From assembly GCF_000196355.1 (NCBI RefSeq), contig NC_007614.1, positions 2,070,001 through 2,102,000 on the forward strand: a DNA stretch of 32,000 bases, read 5' to 3'. Origin of the DNA: Nitrosospira multiformis ATCC 25196 (GTDB taxonomy: Bacteria > Pseudomonadota > Gammaproteobacteria > Burkholderiales > Nitrosomonadaceae). The notes under the pieces were generated by a model. That model ran no database searches and was not told the DNA's origin. It saw only the letters and a program-made list of their open reading frames with translations. Position numbers and translations under genes: made by a program. Below, piece by piece: positions 16,018-25,900 of this stretch. How positions within the stretch are numbered: the stretch's first letter is position 1; the number at the start of each line of letters is the position of its first letter.

Positions 16018-18372
16018 ATGAAAGCCTATACAAAAACTATTAAAGGGCTCTGTCCACTTACACGACCCACCAAACTTGTAATCGCAATACAGTACGCACT
16101 CCTCAGCCTGGCCGTCGCTGGCCACGTGCATGCACAGGACGCCTCCCCGGAATCAGCCAGAAAATCCCAAATGAATGTTCTTCCGGCAGGAGGTAATGCC
16201 GAAACCTCTGCCACAGACTCTTCCGGATCCGGAGACAAAGCTTCAAAGGGGAACGCCCCATCGACTCAGGAGAATGCGCAGCAGGGGAAAAATCCAGAAT
16301 CAGTCAAACCTTCCGAAACGGTTCTGCCAACCCTGGTTATCCGGGAAAAAGGAGTCCAAGAGGGATACGGCACTAAAAGCAGTATAGTGGGAACCAAGAC
16401 TAGGACTCCAATTACAGAGATACCGCAATCCATGTCCGTTATCAGCCGAAATGAATTGGATATGCGTGCCGTAAACCTCAATTTCACTGAAGCACTACGA
16501 TATATACCGGGTGTGGTACCGGACCAGTTTGGTTTCAACGGAACGGGTTTCGAGTATGTAAGCATGCGAGGCTTCAACTCCCTGAGTACTGCCAACTTCC
16601 GGGATAATTTAAGCCAGCAGGGGAGAGGGCTTTATTTTGCCGACTTCATCACTGACCCCTATTCTCTCGAGCGGGTAGAGGTATTGCGCGGTCCCACCTC
16701 GGTCATTTTCGGGCGAGGCGATGCGGGAGGTATCATAAACCGTGTTACGAAGCTGCCCACCTCCACTCCCATCCGCGAGGTCGAGCTCCAGTACGGCAGT
16801 TTCGACCGCAAGCGGATCGCCGGGGATTTTGGACTGGCCAATGAAGATGGAACACTGATGTTCCGGCTGGTCACGACCGCGCTCGATACGGACACGCAGG
16901 TGCGCTTTCCGAATACGGGCGGAGATCGGGCCCAGATCAGGCGCTTTTACATCTCGCCGTCGCTGACTTGGCGCCCCACCGACCGGACATCCGTCACACT
17001 TTTCGGCGATATCCTGAACAACCGCAGCGAAGCGTCTGCCTTTTACGTAGCAACGCAAGGGGGCAGCCCCACTAATACGTTGCTGGGCGAACCCACCTTC
17101 ACGCGGTATTCGACCGACCAGGCTTCCTTCAGCTACAAACTCGAGCACCATTTCAACGACACCTTCACGGTACGGCAAAACTTCCGTTTCATGGGACTCG
17201 ATGGCAGGTTCCGAGACCTTAACCCCGCAGGATTTGACGCGGATGGACGGACCTTGTTTCGCAGTGCATTGAGTACGCGGGAGCGGGTGAATCAAACGGT
17301 GCTGGATACACATGTGGAAGCTCGTACCCGGACAGGCCCCCTCAATCATACCGTACTGGCCGGAATCGACTGGAATCGCGTCGAGTCCACCCTTAAATCT
17401 TTTACGGGCAGCGCTCCCTCCATCGATATTTTCAATCCCGTATATTTCCAACCGGTGCCCACCCCGGATTCCCCGTTCATTGATGGCAACCAAAAGATAG
17501 ACCAGGTTGGATTTTACGTACAGGATCAAATCAAGCTCAACCAATGGCTTTTGACTCTGAGCGGCCGCCACGACAGGGTGTCGAACGTTACCAATGTTAA
17601 TGTTTTCGATCCGCAGCATACCGCTAGCAAGGATTCAGCATATACCGGCAGGGCGGGGCTGACCTACCTTTTTTCCAACGGCATCGCGCCTTATTTCAGT
17701 TATTCGCAGTCGTTTCTGCCTCAATACGGAATCGATTTTGGTAATAACAGCCCCTTCAAACCTGCGCGCGCTTCCCAGTATGAAGTGGGCATCAAGTATC
17801 AACCCCCGGGCACCAGGAATTTGTTTACGGCAGCATTGTTCGAATTGACCAAAACCAACGTTTTAATTCCTGATCCCCGTACACCGCTTGGCGTGTCGCA
17901 AGCAGGCGAGATACGCTCCCGGGGAGCGGAATTGGAAGCAAGGACAGAGGTTTTTCGAGGATTGAATGCGATTGGCGCTTTCAGCTATGTCGACGTCAAG
18001 GTAACCGAAAGCGCCAGTGGTTTTACAGGTAACATGCCTGTGCGGGTACCCAACCTGACGACCTCAGGCTGGCTCGACTATAACCTCGGCACATTGAATG
18101 TCGACTGGTTGAAGGGGTTCTTCATCGGGGGCGGCGTGCGCTATGTGGGCAGAGTGTTCAATGATGAGGCGAATACCAGCACCACACCTTCCTTTACCCT
18201 GTTCGATGCGGTCCTGCGATATGATCACGGCCCCTGGCAATTTCTCATCAATGCCAACAACATATTCGATGAGAAATACTATACCGCCAATAATGTCGTC
18301 CCGGGTTCCGGCGGACAGTTCTTCCTGGGGACGCGACGTACTGTGATCGGGACGTTGAAACTCAGGTTTTAA
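16018..18372 (+). CDS. TonB-dependent siderophore receptor
   Basis: A signal peptide ends ...AVAGHVHA|QD. It is followed by a ~70-aa low-complexity linker, a TonB-box-like ETVLPTLVI, plug motifs (IPQSMSVISR, RVEVLRGPTSVIFGRGDAGGIINRVTK), a 22-strand-type beta barrel and a terminal aromatic residue (LKLRF). Confidence 0.9.
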   Translation: MKAYTKTIKGLCPLTRPTKLVIAIQYALLSLAVAGHVHAQDASPESARKSQMNVLPAGGNAETSATDSSGSGDKASKGNAPSTQENAQQGKNPESVKPSETVLPTLVIREKGVQEGYGTKSSIVGTKTRTPITEIPQSMSVISRNELDMRAVNLNFTEALRYIPGVVPDQFGFNGTGFEYVSMRGFNSLSTANFRDNLSQQGRGLYFADFITDPYSLERVEVLRGPTSVIFGRGDAGGIINRVTKLPTSTPIREVELQYGSFDRKRIAGDFGLANEDGTLMFRLVTTALDTDTQVRFPNTGGDRAQIRRFYISPSLTWRPTDRTSVTLFGDILNNRSEASAFYVATQGGSPTNTLLGEPTFTRYSTDQASFSYKLEHHFNDTFTVRQNFRFMGLDGRFRDLNPAGFDADGRTLFRSALSTRERVNQTVLDTHVEARTRTGPLNHTVLAGIDWNRVESTLKSFTGSAPSIDIFNPVYFQPVPTPDSPFIDGNQKIDQVGFYVQDQIKLNQWLLTLSGRHDRVSNVTNVNVFDPQHTASKDSAYTGRAGLTYLFSNGIAPYFSYSQSFLPQYGIDFGNNSPFKPARASQYEVGIKYQPPGTRNLFTAALFELTKTNVLIPDPRTPLGVSQAGEIRSRGAELEARTEVFRGLNAIGAFSYVDVKVTESASGFTGNMPVRVPNLTTSGWLDYNLGTLNVDWLKGFFIGGGVRYVGRVFNDEANTSTTPSFTLFDAVLRYDHGPWQFLINANNIFDEKYYTANNVVPGSGGQFFLGTRRTVIGTLKLRF

Positions 18373-18426
18373 ATGTCCGTATTTACATTCCAGAGAAACT
18401 TGCCCGACGATAACTGAGACGCTCGG

Positions 18427-19398
18427 ATGGCACTTGATCCCGATCTTGCAGCATTTCTCGAACTTGTGGAAGCGGGCATCAGCAATGGTGTCCCTCGCTT
18501 GCACGAGCTGCCGCCCGCGAAAGCGCGCGAACAATACGATATATCCACCCTGGCTCTGGATAGCCCAGGTATGGAGGTCGCGAGCGTCAAGGAAATCGGC
18601 ATCCCTTCCCGGGATGGAAATGAGATAACGGCAAGACTCTATGCGCCTCTGCTGGATGAGCCGTTGAACGGCCTGGCGGCGCCCGCGCTGCTGTATTTTC
18701 ATGGAGGCGGATATTGCGTGGGCAGCCTGGATTCCCACGACTCGCTATGCCGGACACTGGCTGCGCTGACCCCCTGCTGCGTGCTGAACGCCAGCTACCG
18801 GTTGGCGCCTGAGCATCCATTCCCCACGGCGGTACATGATGCGCAGGATGCCTACCGATGGCTTCTTTCCAACGGACTCGCTCATGGTATCGATCCTCAA
18901 CGGATAGCCGTGGGAGGCGATAGCGCAGGGGGCACGCTGGCCATCGGATTGACTATCGCCGCCAGGGAAATGGATTGGCCACAACCGGTATTCCAGGCGT
19001 TGCTCTACCCGTGCACAAGCGCGTGGCAGAATACCGATTCGCACCGCCGCTTCGCAAAGGGATACCTGCTCGAAGCTGCGACACTGCAATGGATGTTCAG
19101 CAATTACCTCACCAGCGAAAGGGACCGGACAGACTGGCGTTTTGCTCCCCTCGAGGCAAAGGATTTGAGCAGCCTCGCTCCGGCATTCATCGCCGTGGCG
19201 GAATACGATCCGCTCGTGGATGAAGGAATTGAATACGCCAACAGACTCAAAGATGCCGGCGTTCCCACTCAGCTCAAAATCTACGAGGGCATGACGCACG
19301 ACTTTGCGCGCCTGACGAATATCCTCAACGACGCAAGCAAGGTGCGTGAAGAAGTGGCGCAGCAATTACAGAGGGCTTTTGCTGCGCCTCGAACCTAG
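18427..19398 (+). CDS. alpha/beta hydrolase, HSL-type esterase/deacetylase
   Basis: The oxyanion motif is LLYFHGGGYCVGS and the nucleophile elbow is GGDSAGGTLA. Acid and His candidates are YDPLVDEG and GMTHDF. Confidence 0.85.
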   Translation: MALDPDLAAFLELVEAGISNGVPRLHELPPAKAREQYDISTLALDSPGMEVASVKEIGIPSRDGNEITARLYAPLLDEPLNGLAAPALLYFHGGGYCVGSLDSHDSLCRTLAALTPCCVLNASYRLAPEHPFPTAVHDAQDAYRWLLSNGLAHGIDPQRIAVGGDSAGGTLAIGLTIAAREMDWPQPVFQALLYPCTSAWQNTDSHRRFAKGYLLEAATLQWMFSNYLTSERDRTDWRFAPLEAKDLSSLAPAFIAVAEYDPLVDEGIEYANRLKDAGVPTQLKIYEGMTHDFARLTNILNDASKVREEVAQQLQRAFAAPRT

Positions 19399-19413
19399 CC
19401 AGGATGGCACCCT

Positions 19414-19803
19414 TCACGCTCCCATCGTGTCATCCATGTTTGCCAATGGCCATGCCGCCTCTCGTAACGCCTCCAGGGCATCACGCATGGGCACCGGCTC
19501 GTTTTGCACCAGGCGGCCTACCGCGTGCAATGGAACAAGCAAGTCCCTGCCTTCGTCCCCATAGCTGATCCACAGCGCTTCGAAATTCAGCGCGGGCACG
19601 CGAAACACGCGAAGTTCAGCCTCCTCCTCCGCTTCTCCCACCGCCTCCAGGACTTCGTACGTTCGTTGCAGTTGCCGCCCAGCAGCAGTTGGATTGGGTC
19701 TGCATCTGCATGTTGGATGCAAGCTGCTTCGATAAGAAAAGCCTGCCCCAAATGCTGAGTTCGTGCGAGAGGGAGCTGTAAGGAAGACTGGTAACGCGAA
19801 CAT
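19414..19803 (-). CDS. hypothetical protein; only the C-terminal ~85 aa look convincingly coding, and the 5' end and frame are uncertain
   Basis: The C-terminal part reads TYEVLEAVGEAEEEAELRVFRVPALNFEALWISYGDEGRDLLVPLHAVGRLVQNEPVPMRDALEALREAAWPLANMDD and is protein-like. The best SD plus ATG (AAGGAAAGAACAATG at 19816) is in a different frame. See the related finding. Confidence 0.35.
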   Translation of the reverse strand: MFALPVFLTAPSRTNSAFGAGFSYRSSLHPTCRCRPNPTAAGRQLQRTYEVLEAVGEAEEEAELRVFRVPALNFEALWISYGDEGRDLLVPLHAVGRLVQNEPVPMRDALEALREAAWPLANMDDTMGA

Positions 19804-19920
19804 ATTCAGATACGTTCATTGTTCTTTCCTTTTGGATTATCGATCTAACTTCGAGCACTTTTCATATCAAACCCAATATTTCTTTATAGCCGCTAAAGAC
19901 TGAAAGACAAGGCGCAAAGG

Positions 19921-22900
19921 TTATAGAACCTTCGAGGGAATTGCTGTCCTGGCACTCTCAAATCGAAGCGTACTTTCCATCCCGATAAACAACGCTTCTG
20001 CCCGTATGATCGAAAAGTGATCGGTATCGATTTCGTTTTCGGACAATTCAGGCTGGCCTGTTTGCCTTGAAAGAGCCAGCCGATCGGACAAGGGGCGGGT
20101 CGCAATCCACCAGCAGGTGGGTTGGATGTTCAAGCAGCCTAATTCCGAAGCCTGGGCAGCAAGCGCTTTCAAGTGCCGCGCGATGCCAAAGATACGAGCC
20201 AGTTCGCTTGCTCCCAGATCCGCATACCCGCCACGCTTCTTTTTCGTAGACGAAGGTGCACCTTCCGGCGAAACAGCATCTTCCGAAGCCTGCATGGCGG
20301 AAATCAATTCATCCAGTAAACCGGCCAAAGTTTCTTCCGATGGCTGCTTCAAGGATTGCAGACAACTCTTTTGATTTCCATCAGGAAAAACTCCATCCGC
20401 GCCATCGATTTTCGCTCCGGGCAGCACCACGGAAACAAAATCGGAAAAATCCTGTCGCCAGTCATCGGGCTCGGGTTCGTCTATGGCGGGAATGAAGGAA
20501 TCGATGAGACCCAGAAACGCCACCTCCTGCCCCTCCGCCTCCAGTAACACAGCCATCATGGCTGCAAGAGTGCCGCCGAGGGACCACCCTGACAGATGGT
20601 AGGGCCCCTCCGGCTGCGCCCGGCGAATGATCTGGACATAATCTGCCGCCATCTGGGCGAGAGAAGTATCGCGGTGTCCAGGATCAGAGAGCATGCGGCA
20701 AGGTATTCCATAGACCGTGCGCGTACCCTGTAGATGCCGTGCAAGCGGCTGGTAGTCGAACACAGTGCCCAAACCGGCATGGATGCAGAATAACGGTTCG
20801 ACTTTCGCTTTTTCGTCGCGCTGGTTTAACAGCAGCAGTGGCTGTGTTTTGCCGGGGGCTTCAACGTCCAGGCCGAGCAAACCGGCAATGGTCGGGCGCT
20901 GCATCAGATCCCGCAACTTGAAATCGAATTTCAAGCCGGGCAGGTTGCGCATTCGGGCCATGACTTTCAGGCTGGAGAGCGAATCTCCGCCGAGGGCGAA
21001 GAAGTTGTCCGTCTCGCCTACCCGTTCCACGCCCAGCACCTCCTGCCAGATCTGCGCCAGAAGCCTCGCTTCCGAAGTAGAGGGTGCTCGATAAGTGTCG
21101 GCAGCAACCGCATCCGGCTCCGGTAATGCACTGCGGTCAAGCTTGCCACTGGGCAGTCGGGGCAGCTTGTCCAGGATGACGATATGCGCGGGCACCATGT
21201 ATTCGGGCAGCCGCCTGACAAGTTGCTGCTTCAGCGTGCTTCCCAGCCCCGCACTCCCCTTCCGGACTGGTGCAACCATCCCCGTCGTCTCCTTCGGCGC
21301 GACATAAGCGGCGAGTTGCGGTCCTCCCGCCCCTTCCCGAACAACGACTGCAACATCGGTCAGTCCGGTAAGCTCACGTATGCATGCCTCGATTTCGCCC
21401 AGCTCGATCCGGAACCCCCGAATCTTCACTTGATGGTCAGCACGGCCGATATATTCGATATTGCCATCATCCAGCCAACGCACCAGATCACCCGTGCGGT
21501 AGAGCCGCCCGCCATTCCCGTCGAATGGGTCGGCTACAAAGCGCTCCGCTGTCAGTCCCGCTCGTCCCAGGTACCCGCGAGCAAGGCCATAGCCGCCGAT
21601 GTACAATTCTCCAACCCTGCCTATGGGTACCGGCTGCATATCGAGGTCGAGAACATACGCCGTCCGTTCTCCCACGGGTCTGCCGATGGGTGCGTAGGCG
21701 CAATCGAAACTGTTGCTTGCCTCCGTCTTCCAGATCAATGGGGTAACTACCGTCTCGGTGGGTCCGTAACCATTGATCAGAATGCGAGGCCGCAAAGTCT
21801 TTCGCACCAGGTCGTAGGAAGCCTTGGGCATGGCTTCGCCTCCGAAGACATAAAGCTCTACCGGGGGCGGATCGCTGCGGGGCGCAGCCCATTCGGCAAC
21901 CTGGCCTAGGTAAGCGGGTGGAAATGCTGCATTGGTAATGCCATAGCTGTGCAAAGCGTCGTATGTCTGCTCCGCGGTCCACAGTTCCTGGTCGCGCACT
22001 GCCAGGCCGGCACCGACTGTCAGTGCGGTCAGCCAGCGCTCATGTGCGCCATCGAATGAGAATGACATGAAGAGCAGCTCGCATGAGTGCGGCGTCATAC
22101 CGTAAATTCCCGCCGTCGCTTGGCAGTGCATGCTCAGGGGACCGTGCGCGACTGCCACTCCCTTGGGAAGCCCGGTCGAGCCCGATGTGTAGATAATGTA
22201 AGCCAGATTATGCTCATGGAGGGGAATGTCGGGGTTAGAGCCTGATTCCGCCGTCAGATCCAGCGAATCCAGCAACCACACCTGCACTCCAAAGCCGCTG
22301 CCGAGCTTGGCGAGCAACTTCTCTTCCGTCAAAAGGAGTGACATGCCACTGTCGTTCACCATGAAGGACAGGCGCTCTACCGGATATTCGGGATCGAGTG
22401 GTACATAGGCCCCGCCAGCCTTGAGCACGGCCAGCAGCGTGACAATGACCTCGAGCGAGCGTTCCATCGCCACTCCTACTCTCACTTCCGGTCCCACACC
22501 CATACGGGCGAGATGGTGCGCCAGCCGGTTTGCCCGCTCATTCAACTCCGCGTAGGATAATTCCTGCTCACCCATGAGCAGCGCAATCGCTTCAGGGTGG
22601 TGTTCCGCGTTCTGCTCTATCAGGTTGTGCACAAACTGACGCGAAAGCCGCGAGGGCAAGGTTTCCAAATGCGCATTGGATCCGAGAGAAAGGAGGTGCC
22701 CAATCTCTCTTTTTTCCATCCACCCCAGCTCTCCCACACGCCACTCCGGATGAGCCATCATTTCCCTCATCAGGAATTCCATTTGGCTGCGAAGACCGAG
22801 CACGAATGCTTCCGTAAAGTCTCCACACCCGTAGCAGTACTCGATTTCCAACCTGTCGCCCACCACGACCTGTAAGTCCATCGCGTATCCGGTCAACCCT

Positions 22901-25900
22901 TTGCCCTCTATTTCGCCGAAACGAAGACCATAAAGTTCGTTGCCGCGCAGCGCCTCGTCTATCGGGTAATTCTCGAATACGACAATGCTGTCGAATAAAG
23001 GCTGTCCGGGTGAACCGGCCCACCGCTGAATTTCGGCGAGCGATGCGTGCTCATGCTCACGCAGCCTGGCATTCGTTTTCTGCAGCAGGTCGAGATATTC
23101 TGCGACTGTCAGCTCACTTCGGTGCTCGACCGGAACCGGAATGGTATTGATGAACATTCCCATGATTTCGTCCGATTTGAGGAGACTATGGGGACGTCCT
23201 GCTACCGTCGCACCGAACACAACGGTGTCCTTGCCGGTGTGGCGCTGCAAAAGCAAGGCCCACGCGGCCTGCACGAAGGTGTTGAGCGTTATCTGCTGCC
23301 GTTGCGCGAAAGCCTTCAATCGACGCGTTTCGTTCTGACCCAGGAGGGTATAAATCTGGGCAAATCCTGCACAGCTTTCCTGCCCCTCCGGTCCCTCTGT
23401 CTTGCCAACTGTTTTCCGCAGCAAAGTGGGGCCATCGACCGCCTGAAGCTCACCCTGCCAGAAGTGTCGAGTCGCTTCGGCGTCCTGTTGCGCGAGCCAC
23501 CGTATGTAATGACCGTAGTCCGGCCCTACGTCGCGAAGCACCTTTCCGTCGTAGCAGCGCAGCCATTCGCTGATAAGCAGGGAATCAGCCCAGCCATCGA
23601 GCAGTATGTGATGGCGGGTCCATATCAGCTGATAACGGTTTTCAGCCAGGCGTATGAGAGCAAATCGCGCCAAGGGTGGCGCAAGAAAATCGAATTCCCG
23701 TTTCAACTCTTCTTCCGCATAAGGGGTAACACGGGAAGCCGTCTTATCCAGACCACGCCAGTCGAGATGAATCACCGGTACCTCGACCTTTCTGAATACA
23801 ATTTGCAGCGGGCGCCCGAGACCCGCTTGCCACAGGAAACCGGTGCGCAATATCGGATGACGAGCCACCATTTCCCGCCAAGCCCGCGTGAAGCGCTCCG
23901 GGTCCAGACCTTGCACTTCAACGCTGAGCTGGTTTACATAAAGCCCCATTCCGTCCCCTGCCGTTTCCAGGGTATGGAACAGCATCCCTTCCTGGGTGGG
24001 TGACAAAGGATAAACGTCTTCAATTTCATCCTCATCCAACGCAAGACCAGCAATCGTGCCGGCATTCAAATAGTCATGCAGATGACCTCGCTGCGGCTTG
24101 AGCAGAGCTGCCACCGTTTCCTGTATCGTCTCAGCCACTTCTGCCAGTGACGCGATGGTCTGGCGCTCGAACAATTGGCGTGGCGTGATCTTCCAGCCGA
24201 CACGGCGTGCCCTGGTGACAATCTGGAGACTGAGTATGGAATCGCCTCCCAGCTCGAAGAAGTTGTCATGCCGCCCCACCTGCGCCACACCCAGCACCTG
24301 CCCCCAGATACCCGCCAGCACCTCTTCCGCCTCTCCCTGCGGCGCCTCATAATGCTCCGTATGCGTAAACTCCGGCTCAGGCAAGGCCTTGCGGTCTACC
24401 TTGCCGCTCGGATTGAGCGGCAGACTCTCCAACACCACAATCATTGAGGGCAGCATGTAGTCGGGTAAGGTTCTGGCAAGCGCTTCGCGCAGTCGTGCTG
24501 CGTCCAAATCGGTCGTTGCATGGGCAGAAACATAGGCTATCAGCCGCGCTCCCCCTGTTGGATTGGATGCATTGGATCCTTCCCTCGCAACCACCACCGC
24601 TTCCCTGACTTCCGGCTGCGCCAGCAATTGCGTTTCGATTTCACCCAGTTCAATGCGGAATCCCCGTATCTTGACCTGATGATCCAGCCGCCCCAGGTAT
24701 TCGATCTGCCCGTCCGAGCGCCATCTTGCCAGATCCCCCGTGCGGTAGAGCCGCCCCCCTGTCTCATCGAAGGGATCGGCTATGAAACGGTCCGCCGTCA
24801 ATCCTCCACGGTTGAGATAGCCGCGGGCCAAGCCAATGCCACCCAGATACAGCTCTCCTGCCACTCCTTGCGGTACTTGGTTAAGATGAACATCGAGAAT
24901 GTATGCTTGGAGACCAGAGATCGGTTTTCCGATAGGCACGCTATTGTCCCTATCGTCAACACATTCCCATTGCGTGACATCGATTGCCGCTTCGGTCGGC
25001 CCGTAAAGGTTGAAGAGCCCCACGCCAGGGAGTTTTCTGAAAACCTGTTTCTGCACTTCCGCCTGCAGTGCTTCCCCACTGCAAATGATGCGTCGTAGAG
25101 TAGCAACGCATGCCTCTATTCCCTCATGCGCAAGAAATGCCTGTAGCATGGATGGAACAAAATGCAGGGTAGTCACGTTCTGGCGCAGGATTAGAGAGAG
25201 CAGACGGGCTGGATCACGGTGATCACCAGGCGCTGCGATGGCAAGACGTGCTCCGTACATCAATGGCCAGAAAAATTCCCAGACCGAAACGTCAAAGCTG
25301 AAAGGCGTCTTTTGAAGAACGGTATCGTCGTTACCCAGTTCGTATGCTTCCTGCATCCAGGCCAGGCGGTTATACAGAGCAAGGTGACGGTTGCCAGCTC
25401 CCTTTGGTTTACCTGTGGAGCCTGAGGTATAGATGACATAGGCAAGGTTGTGTCCATGCAGGACGGCTTGCGGATTGCTGTCGGATTCATCCTCGAGGTC
25501 GAGCCTGTCCAGCTCCAGCACCGGATATTGGCCGGAGTGGGGAATGCGCGATCGAACCCCGCTTTGCGTCAGCAGCAGCCCGATGCCACTGTCTGCCACC
25601 ATGTAGGCCAGCCGCTCCTGCGGATATTCCGGGTCGAGCGGCACATACGCCCCGCCCGCCTTCAGGGTGGCAAGCAACCCCACCACCATGTCGATCGAGC
25701 GCTCCACCGCAATGCCTACCTTGACCTCCGGCCCAACCCCGAGCCTGATCAAGCGGTGCGCCAGAAGGTTCGCCCTTCGGTTCAGCTCGCCATAGCTCAA
25801 TTCGGCATCGCCAAAGATCAGGGCAACCGCCCCCGGCTGGACTTCAACCTGCCGTTCGATCAGCCTGTGCACGGGCTCGGTATTGGCGTAGCGCTGCTCG

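Noticed and set aside
16609-17619. 336-aa minus-strand ORF
   Set aside because: It is antisense to the TonB-dependent receptor barrel. It is Arg/Gly-rich and has no motifs.
18064-19365. Minus-strand ORFs of 224 aa (18064..18738) and 206 aa (18745..19365)
   Set aside because: They are antisense shadows of the receptor 3' end and of the esterase. The plus-strand products carry clear family motifs.
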